From: an uncultured delta proteobacterium
GTDB lineage: Bacteria > Desulfobacterota > Binatia > UBA9968
NCBI GenBank assembly: GCA_963816145.1
Contig: CAWFJP010000003.1
Span: 160,001-224,000, forward strand
Direction: 5' to 3'
DNA: 64,000 nucleotides
Shown: piece after piece, positions 58,601 through 64,000 of the stretch
How positions within the stretch are numbered: position 1 is the first letter of the stretch
How the letters are laid out: the number at the start of each line of letters is the position of its first letter
Notes under the pieces: model-generated
The model's database searches: none
What the model was told of the DNA's origin: nothing
Seen by the model: the letters and a program-made list of their open reading frames with translations, nothing else
Translations under genes and position numbers: made by a program

Positions 58601-59119
58601 TTAAAAATCGATGCTGTACTCCTGGCCCAACTGGCTTTTACAGCGGCCGAAGCCGCTGCCGGTGTAGGACGAGCCGATAAAAAAGCAGCCGAGCACGGTG
58701 CGTCGGTCGCCTTGTAGCGAAGCGACCCAGTAAAACAGCGGGCCGGTGATCGACTTCGTCGCCCTTCCCTCCGCTGCGCCGACCGGATCGGCATAAGCGG
58801 TTTCGTGAAAACCCGATGTCGGCCCCAGAACCCCGCTTAGGGATCCGGCGTGGCGCGATAAGTCTGGGCCGTCAAGTTCTATGGTGCCGCGACCGAAGAT
58901 TTTTTCATAGCTCTCAACAAATGCCGTACGGCCGACGCGGGAGAAGCGGCCCACCAACACTTCGTTTTCCGGCCCGTAGATTTGCATGAGACCACTGTCT
59001 TCGCGGCCGAAGCGATAGCGCCCGTCGTAGCTCACCCCTTCCGGCGATACCATGGTCATCGGATGGGCGCAGGCGCTGAACATCAAGAGCGCAAGGGCGA
59101 GATCACGCAACGACATCAT
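58601..59119 (-). CDS. Hypothetical lipoprotein
   Basis: MMSLRDLALALLMFSAC lipobox; C-terminal Cys pair (LGCFF...GFGRC). Confidence 0.65.
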   Translation of the reverse strand: MMSLRDLALALLMFSACAHPMTMVSPEGVSYDGRYRFGREDSGLMQIYGPENEVLVGRFSRVGRTAFVESYEKIFGRGTIELDGPDLSRHAGSLSGVLGPTSGFHETAYADPVGAAEGRATKSITGPLFYWVASLQGDRRTVLGCFFIGSSYTGSGFGRCKSQLGQEYSIDF

Positions 59120-59258
59120 ACGATAAATCTTAACATGCTTTTTGCGCGGCGAGAAATCCGTTTGCGAAAATCCGCTGGCAACGACTATCTGCGCTTCGCC
59201 CAATTGTGCTAAAGATCAACTTGAAGGCACAATTCAGCAATCGGGAGTCAAACTTCAC

Positions 59259-60386
59259 ATGACGCAAAATCCTCGCATCGAAGCCTTGATGGCAGCCTTT
59301 CGTAAGACCACTTACTTTCGCTGGATGGCCAAGGAAGGTATCCCGGTGGTCGACGGTTATGGCGTCGAGGATGTGCGTGATGTCGCCACCGCGGCTTGGG
59401 CGCGCACCGGCGGCAAGGCGGCGTTCTTGAATCTCTACGGCATGGAAGGCGTCACCGGCATGTATGTCGGCGAAATCCCCGCCGGCGGCGCATTAAATTC
59501 GGAAAAGCATTTTTACGAAGAAGTGATCGTCGTCCTCGAAGGCCAAGGCGCCACCGAAGTTTGGCAGGACGGCGGTAAGAAACAGATGTTCGAGTGGGGT
59601 CCCTGGAGCCTGTTCGCGCCGCCGCTCAACACCTGGCACCGCCTGATCAACGGCGGCCGAACGCCAGTCAAATACCTATCGGTCAGCAATGCGCCGTTGG
59701 TCATGGACATCGTTCATAGCGACGATTTTATTTTTAACTGTCCATATAATTTCTCCGACCGCTATCCGGCCGACGACGGCTATTTCAATCAGGGACTCAA
59801 ACGCTACGAGTCCGGCATGCAGCATATCTGGGAGACCAATTTCATTAGCGATATCCAAACCGCCAACGTCGACAAGCGCGAGGTCAAAGGCGCCGGCGTT
59901 GGCATCACCCAGTTCGAAATAGCCGGCAACAGCTTGATCGGCCATCTGGCCACCTGGCCGGCGGCGCGCTATCACAAGGCGCATTATCACGGCGCCGGCG
60001 CAATTTTGCTGGGCTTGCAATCCTCTGGTTATGTCTTGCTCTGGTCGAAAGAATTGGGCACGCATCCTTTCGAGAGCGGGCGCGGTGATGAGGTCGTTGA
60101 AGTCAAGTGGAAAGCCGGCAGCGTCTATTGCCCCGGCGGCGGATGGTTCCATCAACATTTCAACACCGGCGCCGTGCCGGCACGCCATTTAGCTCTGCGC
60201 TACGGCAGCCGCATCCATCCCATCGGTTTCAAGATTGCCGACAAACGCAGTGAAGACGGCGTCTACATCGATGTCAAACAAGGCGGCACGCTGATCGAGT
60301 ACGCCGACGAAGATCCCTATATTCGCAGACACTACGACGATGAATTGAAAAAGACCGGGGTAAGAAGCGCGATGCCAACTCTTTGA
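59259..60386 (+). CDS. Bicupin protein (gentisate-dioxygenase-like fold)
   Basis: EKHFYEE...PPLNTWH and HKAHYH...WFHQHFN cupin motifs. Confidence 0.82.
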   Translation: MTQNPRIEALMAAFRKTTYFRWMAKEGIPVVDGYGVEDVRDVATAAWARTGGKAAFLNLYGMEGVTGMYVGEIPAGGALNSEKHFYEEVIVVLEGQGATEVWQDGGKKQMFEWGPWSLFAPPLNTWHRLINGGRTPVKYLSVSNAPLVMDIVHSDDFIFNCPYNFSDRYPADDGYFNQGLKRYESGMQHIWETNFISDIQTANVDKREVKGAGVGITQFEIAGNSLIGHLATWPAARYHKAHYHGAGAILLGLQSSGYVLLWSKELGTHPFESGRGDEVVEVKWKAGSVYCPGGGWFHQHFNTGAVPARHLALRYGSRIHPIGFKIADKRSEDGVYIDVKQGGTLIEYADEDPYIRRHYDDELKKTGVRSAMPTL

Positions 60387-60480
60387 AGGCTCAAATCGTT
60401 CAATCCGAATCAAAAAACGTTGATCCTTGATCGTTTGAACGGATTTTGAAACATCCCTGCCGGAGATCGAAAGCGAAGCT

Positions 60481-61824
60481 ATGCCGGAAACCAAACTGCG
60501 CGACAAATTTTCCGCCTCGAGTCGATTTCTCAAAAGCGAAATTTGGCGCATCCAGGCGCGCAAATTAAATCGTCGAGAACTTTTCTATATCAACCCGCTC
60601 AGGATTCTGCTTTTGGCGATCCGCCGATTCTTTGAGGACAAGTGTGAATTGCGCGCGTCGGCTTTGACCTTTTACACCTTGCTTTCGATCGTGCCCGTGG
60701 TCGCGATGGCTTTCGGCGTCGCCAAGGGATTCGGCCTGGAGAAAATCCTCGAAACCCAGCTGCTCGCCAAACTGGAAGGACAGCCGGAAATCGCCGATCG
60801 CCTGATCGGCTTTTCCCGCACCCTGTTGGAGAACACCAAGGGCGGCGCCATCGCCGGGGTTGGTGTGGCGGTTTTGTTTTGGAGTGTCATCAAAGTTTTA
60901 GGCAATATTGAAAGCGCTCTCAACGATATTTGGGGCATCCCCAGAGCGCGCGCCTTGGGCCGCAAGCTTGCCGATTATTTGTCGGTAATGATGATCTGTC
61001 CGGTGCTGTTGATTATCGCCAGCAGCACGACCCTGTTGGTGACCACGCAAATTACCGCGATGATCGAAAAGCTCGCCTTCCTCGGGTATGCCGGCGGCGT
61101 GATCATTTTTCAAATCAAGCTTTTGCCGTACACCGTGATATGGATTTTGTTCACTTTCATGTATGTTTTTTTGCCAAACACTAAGGTACAGCTTAAATCG
61201 GCAATCTGGGGCGGCATCCTGGCGGGGACAATCTATCAACTGACGCAGTTCGCCTACATCAAATTCCAGGTCGGGGTCTCCAGTTACGGTGCGATCTATG
61301 GCAGCTTCGCGGCGCTGCCGCTCTTTCTGGTCTGGCTGCAATTAAGCTGGCTAATCGTTCTCTTCGGCGCTGAAGTCTCCTTTGCCCATCAGAATGTCGC
61401 GGCTTATGAGTTCGCCGCGGACTGTGCCAGTCTCAGCCATCGTTTCAAACGCACGATAGCGCTGTTCATCACGAATCATTGCGTCAAGGCGTTTGTCCAG
61501 GCGCAGAACGCGCCGACCGCCGAAGCGATCGCCCAAGAATTGGAAATTCCCATCCGCTTAGTTCGATCGACGATTTTCGAATTGACGGAAGCGCGGATTC
61601 TTGCGGAGGTTTACCACGGCGACCTCGCCGAGATCGGCTACCAGCCGGGGAGTCCGCTCGACCAGATGACAATAGCCAATATTTTGGGCGCGCTCGACCG
61701 CCATGGCGCGGATGCTCTCCTGCTGGCGGACTCCCCCAGACTGGACAAGTTGCGCGAGATCACGCGTAAGTTCGACGAGATCTTGGAAACCGCTCCGGCG
61801 AATCTAAAGATTCAAGACTTGTGA
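60481..61824 (+). CDS. YihY/BrkB family membrane protein with C-terminal winged-helix
   Basis: ASALTFYTLLSIVP, IESALNDIW, YGAIYGSFAALPLFLVW; AIAQELEIP. Confidence 0.9.
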   Translation: MPETKLRDKFSASSRFLKSEIWRIQARKLNRRELFYINPLRILLLAIRRFFEDKCELRASALTFYTLLSIVPVVAMAFGVAKGFGLEKILETQLLAKLEGQPEIADRLIGFSRTLLENTKGGAIAGVGVAVLFWSVIKVLGNIESALNDIWGIPRARALGRKLADYLSVMMICPVLLIIASSTTLLVTTQITAMIEKLAFLGYAGGVIIFQIKLLPYTVIWILFTFMYVFLPNTKVQLKSAIWGGILAGTIYQLTQFAYIKFQVGVSSYGAIYGSFAALPLFLVWLQLSWLIVLFGAEVSFAHQNVAAYEFAADCASLSHRFKRTIALFITNHCVKAFVQAQNAPTAEAIAQELEIPIRLVRSTIFELTEARILAEVYHGDLAEIGYQPGSPLDQMTIANILGALDRHGADALLLADSPRLDKLREITRKFDEILETAPANLKIQDL

Positions 61825-61903
61825 GCCCATCAGTATTTCTGACCATTGCCGGCTTTGCGTTTTTGTCGGAGTTAATCCGAATCCCATGTTCGCGATCGGC
61901 AGA

Positions 61904-62890
61904 CTACCTGCGGCCGTAAAGCTTATCGATAAAGCCGCTGCTGCGCATTTGATCGACGAAACGGAGGTCGACGAAGTCCTCGGCTTTGGCCTTGGCGACC
62001 TTGGGATCCCATGACGATTGGATTTCGAGCGTATTGCGCAAGCCTTCCAGAGTTGGATAGGTGTCTTCGACGAACAATTTGTAGTAGGCCGCGTAGGCGC
62101 CTTCGAGGATCGCTCGATCGGCGCCACGGGTGTATTTGCTCATGATCTTAAAGGTCTCTTCCTTGTTGGTCTTGAAGAAGTGAACCCCGGCGGCGATCGC
62201 TTCGGCCATGCGCCGCACGGTGTCGGGCTGTTCGCGAATCATCTTGGTGGAAGTCACCGTGCAGGTGAATAGAAACGGCACTTTGAGTTCGGCCAGATCG
62301 ATAATCACTTTCTGGCCGACTCTCTCCCCTTGAATCTTCTCGGCGTCGCTGACGATGGTGAATTCCGCCTGACCGTTGATCAAGGCGCCGATACGTGCCG
62401 GCCCACCGCCGACGGTGATCGCTTTGATCTGATTGTACGGCAGGTTGATACTCTTGAGTCCGAGCCGCAGAGCGAAGTCGGCGGCCGTGCCCGGTATATG
62501 CACCGCCGCGGTGCGCCCCTTGAGATCATCGCGCGATTTGATCGTCGGATTACCGATAATGTAATAAGGCAGCGTGTTGACCACGCCGTTGATGATCGCG
62601 ATATTGCCACCGGCTATCTTGCCGTTGATTGCCGAAGTTCCCACCGCTTCGGTGAAGCCAAGGTCACCGGCCAAAAGTGCTTGAATGCCGCGGCTGCTGC
62701 CGTCGATGAAAACCAGGTCGATATCCAAGCCATATCTTTTAAAAATTCCGGTTTCCTTGGCGATCCATTGCGGCACCGACGAGCTCGGTGAGTCTGAGAT
62801 ATAGGCGATGGTAATCTTGGCTTGGGACGGCATGGCCGTCCCCATCAACAAAATGATGGTCAGAAACATCCGGCGAAAATATTTCGACAT
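61904..62890 (-). CDS. ABC substrate-binding protein, SsuA/NMT1/THI5-like
   Basis: GGGGGAG RBS; signal SQA-K; WIAKETGIF; SGFIDKLY. Confidence 0.88.
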   Translation of the reverse strand: MSKYFRRMFLTIILLMGTAMPSQAKITIAYISDSPSSSVPQWIAKETGIFKRYGLDIDLVFIDGSSRGIQALLAGDLGFTEAVGTSAINGKIAGGNIAIINGVVNTLPYYIIGNPTIKSRDDLKGRTAAVHIPGTAADFALRLGLKSINLPYNQIKAITVGGGPARIGALINGQAEFTIVSDAEKIQGERVGQKVIIDLAELKVPFLFTCTVTSTKMIREQPDTVRRMAEAIAAGVHFFKTNKEETFKIMSKYTRGADRAILEGAYAAYYKLFVEDTYPTLEGLRNTLEIQSSWDPKVAKAKAEDFVDLRFVDQMRSSGFIDKLYGRR

Positions 62891-63026
62891 ACAGTCTCCC
62901 CCGCTCAACCAAGCGTTATGAGTTGGTTCGTTTCATCGGCCTCGCAATTTGAATAGCTCGATGGCCCTTGTTCGCGTGCAGCGTGCCAGTTGTCAATCGG
63001 CAAACTGGCGTTGACGCGGACCGTTG

Positions 63027-63536
63027 CTATTTTTGCGGCGCCCGGCGGAAGCGGCTTCGCAGGGTGAGTTCACGGAGCTTAGCAATGCTGAGTATTTCTT
63101 GAACACGGCTGCCGTCCGCCAGCTGATAATCGAGATGAACCTCCTGCTCCCCCCAGGAGACGCGGAAGGAATGGGGTTCGACGCGGTCCAGATGACGGCC
63201 GAGCGTGCGCAATAACTGCGGCAGATTCTTGGTGGCGCTCGTCGGCGCGGAGAAGCGCTTGCGCCGCTTGCGCTTCCCTTGCGCATCCAGCCAGGAGACA
63301 TAGCTGTCTTCGTAATGCAGCGCGCCGTCCTCGCGAAATAGTTTGGCGTGGCGCCGGGTACTCGTCTGAGTCTCCCAAATCTTTTCCGATACATTAGGTT
63401 TTATCAACTTCGCGGGATCGACCGGTACGGCGCTGCGAACGACGAATCCTGGCCCAACTTTCTCTAGGACGAACCTGGTTACGCCGAGAAATTGCAGCGA
63501 ATCACCGACCGCTCTGAGAAATTTCGAATGGGGCAT
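63027..63536 (-). CDS. Hypothetical protein with an internal duplication
   Basis: FLRAVGDSL..F.LE / LLRTLGRHL..F.VS repeats, each followed by an Arg-rich segment. Confidence 0.6.
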   Translation of the reverse strand: MPHSKFLRAVGDSLQFLGVTRFVLEKVGPGFVVRSAVPVDPAKLIKPNVSEKIWETQTSTRRHAKLFREDGALHYEDSYVSWLDAQGKRKRRKRFSAPTSATKNLPQLLRTLGRHLDRVEPHSFRVSWGEQEVHLDYQLADGSRVQEILSIAKLRELTLRSRFRRAPQK

Positions 63537-63616
63537 AATGACGTATTATAGCCGATCCCAGGGCTCCTTGGCGACAGGCAAGCGCTTGTCTCTAAAAACC
63601 GAGCAACGCGGTAACG

Positions 63617-64000
63617 TCAGTCCTTTTCCAGCTTCATCGTGCCCGATACCGGGCGCAGTTTTTTCTCGACGAATTGTTCCAATCCGGGCCGGCCGCCTTG
63701 CTCGCGGATGATCCGCTCGGAAATAAAGTTGGAGATCAGGAAGCCGATATCCGGCGACGCTTTCATACTGGTGTACCAAGCCTCTTTGACGGCGCGTAAC
63801 GCCCGCGGGCTCTTTTCGGACAGGCACTTGGCAAATTCATCGACCTCGGTATCGAGTTCCGCGCGCGGCACCACCCGCGAAATCAGGCCGATCCGTTCGG
63901 CTTCGAGCGCCGACATCGTCTTTCCCGACAAGGCGTAATAGAGTCCATGCTTCGATTGCAAATAATTGGCCAGGATCGGCGTCGTTTCGCCGGCGGGAAA
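63617..64000 (-). CDS. Enoyl-CoA hydratase/isomerase family, 3' part (hydroxycinnamoyl-CoA hydratase/lyase-like); runs off right edge
   Basis: FPAGE, LYYALSGKTMSALEAERIGLISRVVP, KSPRAL, GLEQFVEKK. Confidence 0.82.
   Translation of the reverse strand, partial: FPAGETTPILANYLQSKHGLYYALSGKTMSALEAERIGLISRVVPRAELDTEVDEFAKCLSEKSPRALRAVKEAWYTSMKASPDIGFLISNFISERIIREQGGRPGLEQFVEKKLRPVSGTMKLEKD

Noticed and set aside
62973-62988. Possible sigma54 promoter TGGCACGCTGCACGC (minus strand) upstream of SBP 61904-62890
   Set aside because: The -24 element is good but -12 reads ACGC rather than TTGC, and no activator sites were seen; too weak to call.

Overview
GC-rich bacterial chromosomal segment with about 61 credible CDS and no rRNA, tRNA, CRISPR array or autonomous transposase that I could detect. 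The gene content (12 orphan SsuA/THI5-like binding proteins beside amidohydrolases, OCD/mu-crystallins, maleate-isomerase-like proteins, a cupin and an LLM oxidoreductase) suggests a Ca. Binatia-like deltaproteobacterium, which is an inference. It carries a complete urtABCDE + cNMP-domain gene + ureDABCEFG urea cluster behind a sigma54 promoter with NtrC-like boxes. It also has a housekeeping block (MoxR/VWA-miaB-DUF151-TPR) and a probable chromosomal dif site at 42492-42519, where gene orientation flips. The most striking non-gene signal is a dense set of nested palindromic repeats. A GIY-YIG nuclease gene fills the spacer of a GTCAT-type REP doublet. A ~195-bp non-autonomous element is inserted three times at an AG/CT core inside 9-mer repeat hairpins. 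A TIR-MITE is nested in another hairpin. Several repeats supply signal peptides, start codons or stop codons to host genes. Notable proteins include two cysteine-free maleate-isomerase/AMDase homologues and a circularly permuted alpha/beta-hydrolase fused to a methyltransferase. All assignments come from reading the sequence by eye; no database searches were run.
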